This document shows, piece after piece, positions 22,151-32,337 of a stretch of 64,000 nt of DNA. Position 1 is the stretch's first letter. The number at the start of each line of letters is the position of its first letter. The stretch spans positions 1 through 64,000 of the forward strand of contig CAVSHO010000007.1 in assembly GCA_963727825.1 (NCBI GenBank), written 5' to 3'. Origin of the DNA: Ignavibacteriota bacterium. GTDB lineage: Bacteria; Bacteroidota; Ignavibacteria; UBA10030. Below the pieces are notes generated by a model. That model did not search any database. It was given only the letters and a program-made list of their open reading frames with translations, and had not been told where the DNA came from. The position numbers and the translations under genes are program-made.

Positions 22151-22258
22151 TGCAACCAGCATAGCCGTAACTGGGCATTTGTCAAGTAGTGCACGCAAGG
22201 ATCCGATTGGAGGATAAACATCACGGATCAAGCGGCCGGCCGCGGCGATTTCGTGCCG

Positions 22259-23050
22259 TCAGCTCCATTTGAACGCCACCGTCATGAGTTGCGAACTCGG
22301 TGTTATGAGCTCGACGTAGGTCTCGGCAGCGGTTTCGGGAGCGCGTACCGCGCTAATGATGCCCGCCAGGCTCGGCCTGCGGCGCATTAACAGATCCGGC
22401 ATTGCGCGAATATCTCGCGGCTGGCTGTCGTGCGGGACCCAGAGAGAAAGCTCTTTCATGAACGCGCTCGAATAGGGCACCGTGAAAGGCGATGGATAGC
22501 TCCCCTGAATGATTACCCGGCTCCCGGCACTGGCGAATCGTCCCAGTTCTTCGACCTCGCAAGTTCCATCGCCAACGCCAGGGCCGACGGGGCTCCAGTC
22601 GCATCCACGACCCGTCGGCGCCCTCGGACCGCACATCGAAAAACGTATCGGCCAACGCCCTTGCGGCACAAATGCCTCAATCCCGGCCTTCCTGGCGATT
22701 TCAGCGCGCCGTTCGGACAAGCCCATGCCGATCACCCGTCTCCGGTAAGGGCGTGGAGTCAGCCCGACGGCACCCAACCCGACGACAGCTACCGTCTCAT
22801 CCATTCGCGCCTGGCTGAGTCGCACGGTACGGTGCGCAATCGCCGCCAGCTTGGCGCCAACGCCCTCAAGCACATCGACGCCTTCAGGCATGACAAAAAT
22901 GTTGTACTCGGGCTGAACTGCAAGGCTGCAGTGGGCGCCCTCGACTCGGTTCACGCTGGCCATTTTTGTGCCGTCACAAAAGACAAGTGTCCCCTCTTGA
23001 GCGTGGTGTCACTGCCGCCAGCAAGGACTCGTCCTGGCCTTCGCTTTCAT
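22259..23050 (-). pseudogene. Zinc-type (MDR) alcohol dehydrogenase, degraded
   Basis: VAVVGLGAVG, VIIQGSYP, FMKEL; N-terminal GroES-like domain largely missing; multiple frameshifts. Confidence 0.7.
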
Positions 23051-23055
23051 CTATA

Positions 23056-23085
23056 TCCCTTAGTGTCCCTTAGTTGTCCCTTAGT
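23056..23085. repeat. Three TCCCTTAGT direct repeats at 10-11 bp spacing
   Basis: Copies at 23056, 23066 and 23077. Confidence 0.7.
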
Positions 23086-23170
23086 ATAGAAGAGTGCATT
23101 CCAATTGGTTATCTGTCTGTAGTCGATATGTTGTCATATCTTTTTTTCATGTCAAAGACGTCAATGTGAG

Positions 23171-23207
23171 ACCATATAGACATGTTGACATGTTGACATG
23201 TGTCATG
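23171..23207 (+). promoter_or_regulatory. Tandem GACATGTT octamer array (same motif as at 17010)
   Basis: GACATGTT-GACATGTT-GACATGTG at 23179-23202, containing two TTGACA. Confidence 0.6.
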
Positions 23208-23260
23208 CGGTAATAGGAGGAGTCGACAAACCTTGGGCACGGATGTGCGGAGGTCATGGA

Positions 23261-24684
23261 ATGGCGAACAAATACCAATTCGAAGACGGCAAGTTATACC
23301 AGGAAAGGACCGAGATACCGGTGTTCTGGTCAGGAGATGTCATCGTAGCGGCGGGGGACGGGCAGGCCCGGATCAGCCCTTTCAAGCGCTCGGAATGGAT
23401 GCTCCACGATTATCCTTGAAAAGCATGGATACATCGGTGGCATGGCCGCCTTCGGGGAAGGAATGCCCCTTGGCGGCGCGTATCCGGGGTACAAAGAAAA
23501 GAATCGGGGGCATTGCCGAAGAAATTCTGGACAGGCTCCGTCATGCGGGGCCGGATTCCGCCTCCGTACGGGACGTCAAGTATTTCAGTCTTTGGTTTTT
23601 CCACGATCCCGAGTACTTCCGGTATCTCGCCGGGGAGTTGCTGCAGGAAGCAGGAGCGAAAATCATGCTTCATGCAATGGTCGTTGATGTGATCATGGAG
23701 GGCAGGGGTCTGAGGGGAGTGATCATAGAATCGAAATCGGGCAGACAGGCGATACTTGCCAAAGTAACCATCGATTGCACGGGCGATGCGGACATAGTGG
23801 CATGGGCCGGCGGTCCTTTTATCACCGGCGACGAGAGCCAGAGGACAATGGCCTTCACGCTTCCCTATGTCATGGCGGATGTGGATGTGCCACGGGCATG
23901 GCAATCTCTGGAGCAGGACCCCAGGCTCGTCAACGCAACGGCGCGCGCCCGGCGGGACGGTCTGCAAATCCATCCCGACGACAAGGTCTGGGGGCTGTTC
24001 AACGGCATCAGGCCCAATACGATTTATGCAAACAACACGAGGATCAACGGCTTCGACGGAAGCAACGCAGAGGAGATCACCCTGGCGGAACTGGAGGCCC
24101 GCAAACGAATTGCCATGCATATCGCCTTTTTCAGGAAGTATGTCCCGGGTTTGAAAAGGCCTACGTGTCAAAAGTCGGCGACCAGATAGGAATCCGCGAT
24201 ACCCGGAGGATACGAGGCGAGGCGACCCTCGAAACCGCGGATGCTGTCGTTCAGGAAGCGCAACGATTCGGTCATCAGGGCTGCGGGACCGCTTGACGAT
24301 GTGAGCAGGAAGAAGGACGGCAAAGGCACCGAGTCCAGCGTGAAGGAACTGGAGAACGACAAGGACTGGTACGACGTGCCCTATGGCGCGCTGGTGCCGC
24401 AGGGCCTGGACAACATCCTGGTTGCCGGAAGGATGTTCTCATCATCACATCTCGCCCAGGCAGGAACGCGGGGCATGGGCACGATGATCGGTTTCGGCCA
24501 CGTGGCGGGAATCGCGGCCTCCATCGTCGCTCGACGGGGAATCAAGGCGCGCGACGTTGACGTTGCGGAGCTGCGCCGGATGCTCGTTGAGCAGGGCTGT
24601 GACCTGGACGGCACCCGTTCCGCGGAAGATCACGGCGATGAGAAGATGTACATGAGCGGTGTCATCTATCCCGAGAAGGCGTAG
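23261..24684 (+). CDS. FAD-dependent oxidoreductase (FAD_oxidored family), frameshifted
   Basis: ESKSGRQAILAKVTIDCTGDADI, QIGIRDTRRIRGE, YDVPYGALVP..NILVAGR; the GxGxxG region is garbled at ~23345-23400. Confidence 0.85.
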
Positions 24685-24721
24685 GGAGCATGTCGATGGC
24701 GGGGTGCGGCCTCCCCTGACA

Positions 24722-25020
24722 CTACTCTACGACCAGGACCTCGTGATCCAGGATCGAAGCGATGGAGACGGTGATCCGTCCATCAGCCGCGACCGCGGCG
24801 AGTGACCGTTCGCTGACGAGGGCTCGCGCCGATCCGCCATCAACATGATCTGCAAGCCTGACGCGTAGCGTGAACGGGCCGATCGGCACAAGCTCTCGAA
24901 CCGGTGCCTGCTGGGCACCCGGATTCGTCAGATTGACCAGATGCACTATCATCCGACCGGGTTGGCGGTAAAGACGACAATCGAGGAGCCCCGGCCCAAG
25001 CACCTCCAGCTCAGGGTTGC
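24722..25020 (-). pseudogene. C-terminal fragment of a glycoside-hydrolase-like/Tat-secreted protein, cut at the GC junction
   Basis: EVLGPGLLDC..MIVHLVNLTNP..VRELVPIGP..SILDHEVLVVE; upstream of 25020 the frame is only the antisense of bamD. Confidence 0.6.
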
Positions 25021-25654
25021 CGATTCGGCACAGTTCTATATGGCAGAATGCCGGTACCTTCGAGAGGAATACATACTTGCCGCATTTGAATATGATGTCT
25101 TGCTGCGCACAATGCCATCCAGTATCTTTGCATCTCGTGCACGTTTTAGGCGCGCAACGTGTTTTTATGAGCTTTCGCCAAATTCTATTTTGGATCAAAA
25201 TTATTCGCGAAAAGCGATTGATGAGTATCAAGCTTTCTTGGAATACTATCCTACCGATACGCTAGTTTCTTTGGCAGAACAAAGAATTAATGAGTTAAAC
25301 ACAAAGCTGGCGCAGAAAGATTTCGAGAACGGCATGACGTATATGCACATGGAATATTACAAGGCCGCGACTTATTATTTCGATGTTGTGTTGGATAAGT
25401 CCCATGACACGCAATATGCCGAGCCGGCATTGCTTAAGAAAGCTGAAGCATTGACAAATCGCAAGAAATATGCTGATGCAAAAGAAGCACTGGAGAAGTT
25501 CCGCGAGAAATATCCATCGAGTATTTTGAAGCCGGATGCCGATAAGTTAAATTCTGAGATTGAAATAGGGCTGCGTGACGAGAAAACGAAGAAACCAAAA
25601 GCGCCGGCGCCAATTAAAGATACCAGCAAGCAAGTTCCTCAATTTGGACAATAA
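25017..25654 (+). CDS. bamD: Outer-membrane assembly lipoprotein BamD, 5'-truncated
   Basis: ADSAQFYMAEC, SPNSILDQNYSRKAIDEYQAFLEYYP, KLAQKDFE, YYKAA; N-terminal lipoprotein signal missing. Confidence 0.88.
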
Positions 25655-25655
25655 A

Positions 25656-26135
25656 ATGCAACGACTGAAAACAAAACTAGTCACTGCCTCACAGGTAGAA
25701 ATGACTGAGTTAGTTATTCCAAATGATACAAACCGGCTGGGGAATCTTCTTGGCGGGCGATTGATGCATTGGATTGATATCGCAGCCGCAATTGCTGCAT
25801 CCCGGCACACTAATCGTGTCTGTGTCACTGCATCGTTGGATGAATTGCATTTCCATCATCCGGTCAAACAGGGCGAAGTCGTGATATTGCAAGCATCGGT
25901 TAACCGGGTGTTCCGTACGTCGCTTGAAGTTGGAGTGCGTGTCACAAAAGAAAATCTTCTTACAGGTGAACGGCAGCACACAAATAGCGCATATCTGATG
26001 TTCGTTGCAATCGATAATGATGGACGGCCCGTGCCCGCAAATCCTGTGAAACCGATTAAAGGTGTCGAAAAAAGGCGTTACCGGGAAGCGGGTCATCGCA
26101 GGAAGTTGCGATTGTTACATCATCAGCGAGGTTAA
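25656..26135 (+). CDS. Acyl-CoA thioesterase (hotdog, YciA-like)
   Basis: PNDTNRLGNLLGG, VTASLD, TSLEVGVRV, AYLMFVAID. Confidence 0.92.
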   Translation: MQRLKTKLVTASQVEMTELVIPNDTNRLGNLLGGRLMHWIDIAAAIAASRHTNRVCVTASLDELHFHHPVKQGEVVILQASVNRVFRTSLEVGVRVTKENLLTGERQHTNSAYLMFVAIDNDGRPVPANPVKPIKGVEKRRYREAGHRRKLRLLHHQRG

Positions 26136-26203
26136 TTATCATTCCGTGGAAAGACAACACGTCCGATTGCAGCGTTCCTTCTCAGTGCCATCGTTTCGCG
26201 CAC

Positions 26204-28372
26204 TTGCTCAGTTCTACGTCTTTTTTTTTCTGGCTTACAATTCGCACAGCCTCGGCGCAGACTAATGAGTCTGCTTTTGGAGAAGTACGCATCTTCTCGC
26301 TTCCTGCAAAATTTGAAAAGACCACTCTGGTCTCATCAGATTGCCATGGGGTTACTAAACTTGCAGCGTGGTCCAGACATCGCAATGAAATTCTATTAGC
26401 AACATTTGATTCAACGCAGACATCTGTTACATACAACTTGAAACACACGGCAGTTCAGTTTGATAATTTATATGCCGCGGATTTTAATGGCGACGGCCTG
26501 CCGGATTTGATGTTGGTAAATAAGCATGAGAAATTGATTTCATTTGTGCTGAATCTGAGACCGGATTCTCTTCAAGTAACAAGTACAATTAAGATTCCAT
26601 TTGAGCCAGAGCAAATATTAATTGGCGATTACAACAATGATAAACACGTCGATATCTTGGTGTATTCGCGTAAGACTCCTGGCATTCTTCCCCTCGTTGG
26701 AAATGGCAAAGGTAACTTTACAATGGGAAAAGTTATCGCACAGGATAATGCTGTTGGAGCCGCTGATTTTGCTCATTTGAACAACGATAATCTAATAGAC
26801 ATTGTTCTTTGGGATTGGGTAAAGAGTGAACTCCATATTCTTTATGGCGCCGGGAACGGAAAATTCATAGACCAGAGCATATTTCCTGTGCAAGGTGAAG
26901 TGGAATCACTTAATGCGATATCTCTTATTCGCGGTCATGCAACTGATTTAATGTTGAAAATGACTAAACCGTCCGAGTTTCAAGTCTGGGAAGGAAACGA
27001 CTTCGGTGACTTTCAATTAAAATATCATATTCCTATTGAAGAACACGTAACGGATTTCTGTTTTAATGATGTAAATAATGATGGGTTAAATGACATCGTT
27101 ATGTCAATGAGCCCTGCATCTTTGCAAGTTATTTTCAATAATGATGCGGATGCATTTACTGATCGCATTGAGTATGCCGCTGGAGATGCTCCCCAGGACA
27201 TTGTTGTTACATCTCAAGGAAATTGTCTGGTTTTTGACGGAGGAAATAATCAGTTCCTTGTTTACCAGAATACTGCGAAGTCAAGTTCAATGGCGGATTC
27301 TATCCAATTCGCTACTGGCGTTTCTCCGACTGAAATCATTGTAGGTGATTTCAATCGAGACAGTGTTGCGGACATTGCACTGCTCAACACAAAAAGTCAA
27401 TCTGTTTCGCTCTATTGGGGTCAAAAAGGTACTGCTCCTTTTGGACCAATTTCGTATCCATTGACTGGTGAGCCAAGCCACCTAGCGTTCCATTCATCAA
27501 CGGATACCACGTTACAACTTGTGCTTACGTTTCCGCAAACTCATCAAATTTCATATTTTACGCTTGACGCTGCAAATCATTCTGTCTCAAATGCGTTCAT
27601 CGGATGCGAGGGAGATGCTCAACTGATCTCGGCCTCTGTAAGTCAAAACCATCGAGCACAATTTGCTACATTAAATACAAATTCGCCAGAAGGAAATTCT
27701 TTGAGCTTCTATGAACAACTTGGTTCGACAACATTTATTGAACGCACTTTTCGCCTTCCGCCACCTGATGATTTATTAGGAGCTTCGATTGCAGATTTGA
27801 ACCATGATGGATTTCCAGGCATTGTTTATATGTACCGTACCGGAGATAATTTGATGGTAGAGCTCGGTGTAGCGTTTGGTGACTCGACCTACTCCATGAA
27901 ACGTCGCATTGTCTCTCGGGAGTTTGCACTTCCAGAAGTCAAACAAGTTTTCATTTGGCTAGTCGATTTTGATAATAACGGTGTTCTCGATTTTTTGATG
28001 TTGGCAGGAGATCCGGTGAATTATTTATTGATTGCTAAAGGGGAGGGAAATGGCTCTTTTCGTGATCCTAAAATTATTACAAGTGGTTTGTCGATTGAAG
28101 AGAGGTCGGATTTACAAATTGTTGATGTAGATGGCGATGGTTTTCCCGATATTGTCATCGGTTCAAAGAAGCTTGGGCGTGTGGCATGGTTTCGCAATCG
28201 CGGCGATTGCAATTTCGACGCCGATCAAACATTGGTGGTGCAACATGACTTGAGCCATTACGCTATTGGCGATGTCGATGCTGATGGTATAAAGGATTTA
28301 GTAATGACACTTGGGAATATGGGTGTTTTGAAAATTATCAATGGCAAGCAGCTTCCTTTTCGAGCAAAATAA
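26204..28372 (+). CDS. FG-GAP/VCBS repeat protein
   Basis: Repeated ADFNGDGLPDL, GDYNNDKHVDI, DVDGDGFPDI motifs; start uncertain (T-run at ~26220). Confidence 0.88.
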   Translation: MLSSTSFFFWLTIRTASAQTNESAFGEVRIFSLPAKFEKTTLVSSDCHGVTKLAAWSRHRNEILLATFDSTQTSVTYNLKHTAVQFDNLYAADFNGDGLPDLMLVNKHEKLISFVLNLRPDSLQVTSTIKIPFEPEQILIGDYNNDKHVDILVYSRKTPGILPLVGNGKGNFTMGKVIAQDNAVGAADFAHLNNDNLIDIVLWDWVKSELHILYGAGNGKFIDQSIFPVQGEVESLNAISLIRGHATDLMLKMTKPSEFQVWEGNDFGDFQLKYHIPIEEHVTDFCFNDVNNDGLNDIVMSMSPASLQVIFNNDADAFTDRIEYAAGDAPQDIVVTSQGNCLVFDGGNNQFLVYQNTAKSSSMADSIQFATGVSPTEIIVGDFNRDSVADIALLNTKSQSVSLYWGQKGTAPFGPISYPLTGEPSHLAFHSSTDTTLQLVLTFPQTHQISYFTLDAANHSVSNAFIGCEGDAQLISASVSQNHRAQFATLNTNSPEGNSLSFYEQLGSTTFIERTFRLPPPDDLLGASIADLNHDGFPGIVYMYRTGDNLMVELGVAFGDSTYSMKRRIVSREFALPEVKQVFIWLVDFDNNGVLDFLMLAGDPVNYLLIAKGEGNGSFRDPKIITSGLSIEERSDLQIVDVDGDGFPDIVIGSKKLGRVAWFRNRGDCNFDADQTLVVQHDLSHYAIGDVDADGIKDLVMTLGNMGVLKIINGKQLPFRAK

Positions 28373-28463
28373 ATGTACGATGAAAAATATTTCAGGGAGT
28401 TGCAAAAAAGGACGAGTAGAACTAGTCTCTTCGCATCAGTTAAATAATATTTTTAAGAAAAGC

Positions 28464-30149
28464 ATGATCAGCCGTTGGCTCAAATACTTATCGCTTGTTG
28501 TTTTGCTCTTTTCTGCAGCAACAGCGTTGGTTATAGCGAAAGATAGAGGAACTTCAAAGCGGCTTACGACCGATCAGCTTATTAATTCTCTACGTTCAAT
28601 CAAGAATCCTTCTCTTCAACATGTGGAATCCGGTGAACCGGCGCAAGATGTGAAGTGCGGGTTCGGGATTCGAGCCTCGGTTCATAATCGATGGCAAGAA
28701 TTTACAGGTCTTCAAAAAGCTGAAATTATAAATTTACTTCAGGTCGAATCTTTTGAGAAAGATACTGTAATAGGGAGGTTTCATATTTTTTATGATGTCT
28801 CAGTTGATAGCGTAAATACGCCTGCTCTGCTTGCTTCTGACAACAGCCGGATACCTAACACAGCTAAACAATATGTAGATTCGGTCGGAAGAATTTTCAA
28901 TGATGTGTATCATATTGAGGTGGAACAACTTGGTTACGATCCACCGCCCTTCGAATCTGGTGAAACTTCTTATCGTGTCTTCATCGTGAATATGTCGGAC
29001 TATGGATATACGGATTGGGATGTTTCTCCACTGAATCCCGGAAATTCAGCCCCAAGGTATCCATGCTTTGTACATATTCACAATGATTTCAGTCCGTTTT
29101 ATACTAAAGGAATGAATGCGCTGAAAGTAACGGCAGCGCATGAATTCCATCATGTTATTCAAGTCGGATCCTACGGCTTTTGGGCAAACGCTGTGTATGC
29201 TCATGAATTAACATCGGTATGGTTTGAAGATGTTAATTATACAGATGTGAATGACTATTACCAATACTTAACGGATTATTTTGTAGGATTCAGTGATGGA
29301 CGTTCCTTCAATTATGATCCTTATGAAGGTGGGTACGAGCGGTGTGTCTGGGCACATTTTATAGCAAAGCAATTTAGTATAAACATGATGCGAAAAATAT
29401 GGGAAGAAATGCGCACCAAGACTTATCAAGAGAATACAGATGTTTTTTTAGAAAGTAACGATGCAATAATTACTGATTCTGGAATGACTCTCCAAACAGC
29501 GTTTGCAGAATTCACAAAGTGGAATTATTACACAGCGGATCGTGCTGATACGGTGAAATATTATCCTGAGGGAAATCATTATCCACGGTTCCAGCCGCTT
29601 CAGACAATACCTTTTAATACTACAACTACAACAAACGGCAATGTAGAACCGCTTTCAACGTCAATGTACGAGTTTGATATGCAGCAGGATACAATTACTG
29701 CTGTAATTGCAAATGTGGATGTGAATAGTGCGATTAATAGAAATACGACACAGCAACAGATTGATATTACTCTATCTTCTGGGTTGCAAACTAATATTTC
29801 TGCCGAGAATTTGTCTCTTTGGAGCTCATTTTTTATAGAATCTTCAACTCGGACAGATATTCCGCATTTGCAATCTAATGCCGCACCGAATCCTTTTCGA
29901 CTTGCGGAAGCACCATGGTTGAAACTTCCAATCAATCAAGACGCGGCAAAAACAGCCGAAGTATTTTTCTTTACTTCGTCGCTTCAGTTGGTTTACTCTG
30001 GATTTCTCAGCGTAAACGATGAAGATGGATTTCGGGCAATTGTTGTTCCGGCATCAGAAGTTAAATCCAAACTTTCTTCCGGAATCTATTTCATTTTAGC
30101 TAAAACTGCGAATAGTGATTATAAATGGAAGGTTGCAGTCATCCGATGA
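28464..30149 (+). CDS. Secreted zinc metalloprotease (MXAN_6640-like) with T9SS-like C-terminal tail
   Basis: Signal peptide, VKCG, KVTAAHEFHHVIQ (HExxH), tail PNPF...LSSGIYF..KVAVIR. Confidence 0.75.
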   Translation: MISRWLKYLSLVVLLFSAATALVIAKDRGTSKRLTTDQLINSLRSIKNPSLQHVESGEPAQDVKCGFGIRASVHNRWQEFTGLQKAEIINLLQVESFEKDTVIGRFHIFYDVSVDSVNTPALLASDNSRIPNTAKQYVDSVGRIFNDVYHIEVEQLGYDPPPFESGETSYRVFIVNMSDYGYTDWDVSPLNPGNSAPRYPCFVHIHNDFSPFYTKGMNALKVTAAHEFHHVIQVGSYGFWANAVYAHELTSVWFEDVNYTDVNDYYQYLTDYFVGFSDGRSFNYDPYEGGYERCVWAHFIAKQFSINMMRKIWEEMRTKTYQENTDVFLESNDAIITDSGMTLQTAFAEFTKWNYYTADRADTVKYYPEGNHYPRFQPLQTIPFNTTTTTNGNVEPLSTSMYEFDMQQDTITAVIANVDVNSAINRNTTQQQIDITLSSGLQTNISAENLSLWSSFFIESSTRTDIPHLQSNAAPNPFRLAEAPWLKLPINQDAAKTAEVFFFTSSLQLVYSGFLSVNDEDGFRAIVVPASEVKSKLSSGIYFILAKTANSDYKWKVAVIR

Positions 30150-30775
30150 ATTCGATTTCCATTACGGTGGATGGACTATCGAAAGATTTCAATCGAAGTG
30201 CGATCTTTAACGATATTTCGTTTTCTCTATCCACGCCGGCATCGCTGTCGATTACAGGAAAAAATGGCGCAGGTAAATCAACGCTTTTAAAAATTCTTGC
30301 CGGTTTATTAAGTCCAACGCGCGGATTTATTACCTATTCAGTAAATAGGAGGCAAACTGGAATCGAAGAGTTCAAACGTCACATTGGATTTGTTTCGCCA
30401 TACTTAAATCTGTACGATGAGTTCACGGCATTAGAAAATCTTCAATTTCTTTCCCGCATTCGATCATCAACTTATCATAATAATGAAAAGATAAAGGAGC
30501 TGCTGATGCTTGTCGGATTGTGGAATCGTCGAGACGATGTGGTTAGCACGTTCTCTTCGGGAATGAAACAGCGTTTAAAATATGCATTTGCTCTATTGCA
30601 CAATCCGGCTGTTTTAATCCTCGATGAGCCGACCAGCAATCTTGATGATGAAGGCATTGAAGTAATAAAGCAAATTATAATAGAGCAAAAGAATGAAAAT
30701 ATTTTGATTATCGCAACGAATAACAAAGAAGAAGCTAATTGGTGCGTACAACAAATTCAAATCGGGAAAATATAA
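30146..30775 (+). CDS. ccmA: Heme export ABC ATPase CcmA
   Basis: GKNGAGKST, FSSGMKQR, LILDEPT; upstream of ccmBC. Confidence 0.85.
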   Translation: MNSISITVDGLSKDFNRSAIFNDISFSLSTPASLSITGKNGAGKSTLLKILAGLLSPTRGFITYSVNRRQTGIEEFKRHIGFVSPYLNLYDEFTALENLQFLSRIRSSTYHNNEKIKELLMLVGLWNRRDDVVSTFSSGMKQRLKYAFALLHNPAVLILDEPTSNLDDEGIEVIKQIIIEQKNENILIIATNNKEEANWCVQQIQIGKI

Positions 30776-30809
30776 CTGGAATTGATTCTCTAATATTTAT
30801 TAAAGAACT

Positions 30810-31481
30810 ATGAGTTTTATTTCAAGCACATTGGCTGTCGTCTCGAAAGATGTTCGTTCTGAACTACGAACACGTTATGCAATGAACGCACTTCTGATGT
30901 TTGTTGTTACATCGGTGGCAACAATTTTGTTCGCTCTTCAAGATGATGAAGTAAGCACAGATGTTTTCTCCGGAATGTTCTGGGTAGTTATTTTCTTTAC
31001 AGCGATGTCGGGCCTTTCTCGAATATTTGTCAGTGAAGAAGAACGAGGGACAACGATGACGCTTCAGCTTGTTTCTTCACCTTCTGCAGTTTATTTTGGG
31101 AAATTGATATTCAACTGCGGTCTGACACTTGCACTCTCATTAACGGTGACTATTTTATACCTAATAGTTTTTCCAATGTTTGTTATCAAGTCAATGGCAA
31201 TCTTTATATTGACAATTATTCTGGGAAGTCTTGGATTCGCTGCCGCCGCAACTATTATTGCGGCTATCGTCGCTAAAGCGAATACGAAAGGGACTTTGTA
31301 TCCGGTGCTTTCATTTCCAATTCTGATTCCATTGCTGATAACAGTGATGAAATCAACTACTCGAGCATTAGATGGTAATGTGTTTACTGCTGCCCTGGGC
31401 GAATTCCAGATCCTTGTTTCGTATTTGATGGTAATTACTGCTGGCTCGTATCTTTTATTCGATTATGTATGGAAGGAATAA
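30810..31481 (+). CDS. ccmB: Heme exporter CcmB
   Basis: KDVRSELRTR, FVSEEERGT, LYPVLSFPILIP; hydrophobic. Confidence 0.9.
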   Translation: MSFISSTLAVVSKDVRSELRTRYAMNALLMFVVTSVATILFALQDDEVSTDVFSGMFWVVIFFTAMSGLSRIFVSEEERGTTMTLQLVSSPSAVYFGKLIFNCGLTLALSLTVTILYLIVFPMFVIKSMAIFILTIILGSLGFAAAATIIAAIVAKANTKGTLYPVLSFPILIPLLITVMKSTTRALDGNVFTAALGEFQILVSYLMVITAGSYLLFDYVWKE

Positions 31482-31483
31482 GC

Positions 31484-32188
31484 ATGCGGTTTATTAAATA
31501 CTCATCAATTGCATTTATCACGTTTGTGATTGTTGCAGGCATCGCGATACCAATGATTCCGCAGCCGCAAAGTTGGCTGGAATTTCCCATCATTCCCGGG
31601 CTCGAAGATAAGGCGCGAAGTATTTTCTTTCACGTGCCAATGGCGTGGGCCTCGATGCTTGGTTTTTTATCCGCGTTGTTTTATGGATTTCGATATCTAC
31701 AAACAAAGGATTTCGATTACGATATCAAATCAGTTTCTTCAGCAGGACTTGGAATGATGTTCTGCGTACTCGCGACTGTAACGGGTTCTATTTGGGCTAA
31801 GTTCAATTGGGGTTCCTTCTGGAATTGGGACCCGCGTGAGACTTCCATCTTTATTCTTCTTCTAATTTACGGAGCGTACTTTGCGCTTCGTTCAGCGCTC
31901 AGCTCAAATGAAATTCGCGCTCGTCTCTCAGCAGTATATTCTATTCTTGCGGGATTATCAGCTCCATTCTTTATATTTGTTATGTCACGCATCGTTGGCG
32001 GATTGCATCCCGGCGCAAAAGGTGATACGGCAGGTTCTACACCGATGATACAGCTTCAAATGCCGCCGAATATGTATTTCGTGCTTTTTATCGGAATTAT
32101 CGGATTCAGTCTATTATTTGTCTGGCTTCTGAATATGCGCGTTCGTGTTACACGGATAGAATATCAACTTTCAAAAAAAGAGAATTGA
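31484..32188 (+). CDS. ccmC: Heme exporter / cytochrome c biogenesis protein CcmC
   Basis: FFHVPMAW, WWD motif WGSFWNWDPRET, GLHP. Confidence 0.92.
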   Translation: MRFIKYSSIAFITFVIVAGIAIPMIPQPQSWLEFPIIPGLEDKARSIFFHVPMAWASMLGFLSALFYGFRYLQTKDFDYDIKSVSSAGLGMMFCVLATVTGSIWAKFNWGSFWNWDPRETSIFILLLIYGAYFALRSALSSNEIRARLSAVYSILAGLSAPFFIFVMSRIVGGLHPGAKGDTAGSTPMIQLQMPPNMYFVLFIGIIGFSLLFVWLLNMRVRVTRIEYQLSKKEN

Positions 32189-32195
32189 GGAAGTT

Positions 32196-32333
32196 ATGTA
32201 CGAATTCTTAAATCAAAACCAGATGTATATCGTCCTTGTTATATCACTGCTGATCTGGTCCGGTATAATTTGGTATCTAGTGCGGATAGATAAAAAGATT
32301 GGACAGATAGAAAAGCGATTGAAGAAGGATTGA
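32196..32333 (+). CDS. ccmD: CcmD-like small membrane protein (not in ORF track)
   Basis: 45 aa MYEFLNQNQMYIVLVISLLIWSGIIWYLVRIDKKIGQIEKRLKKD; RBS GAGG; lies between ccmC and ccmE. Confidence 0.85.
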   Translation: MYEFLNQNQMYIVLVISLLIWSGIIWYLVRIDKKIGQIEKRLKKD

Positions 32334-32337
32334 CAAA

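Noticed and set aside
24722-25654. Novel fusion proteins (ORFs 24941..25654 + and 24722..25231 -)
   Set aside because: Each N-terminus is only the antisense read-through of the other gene across the junction.
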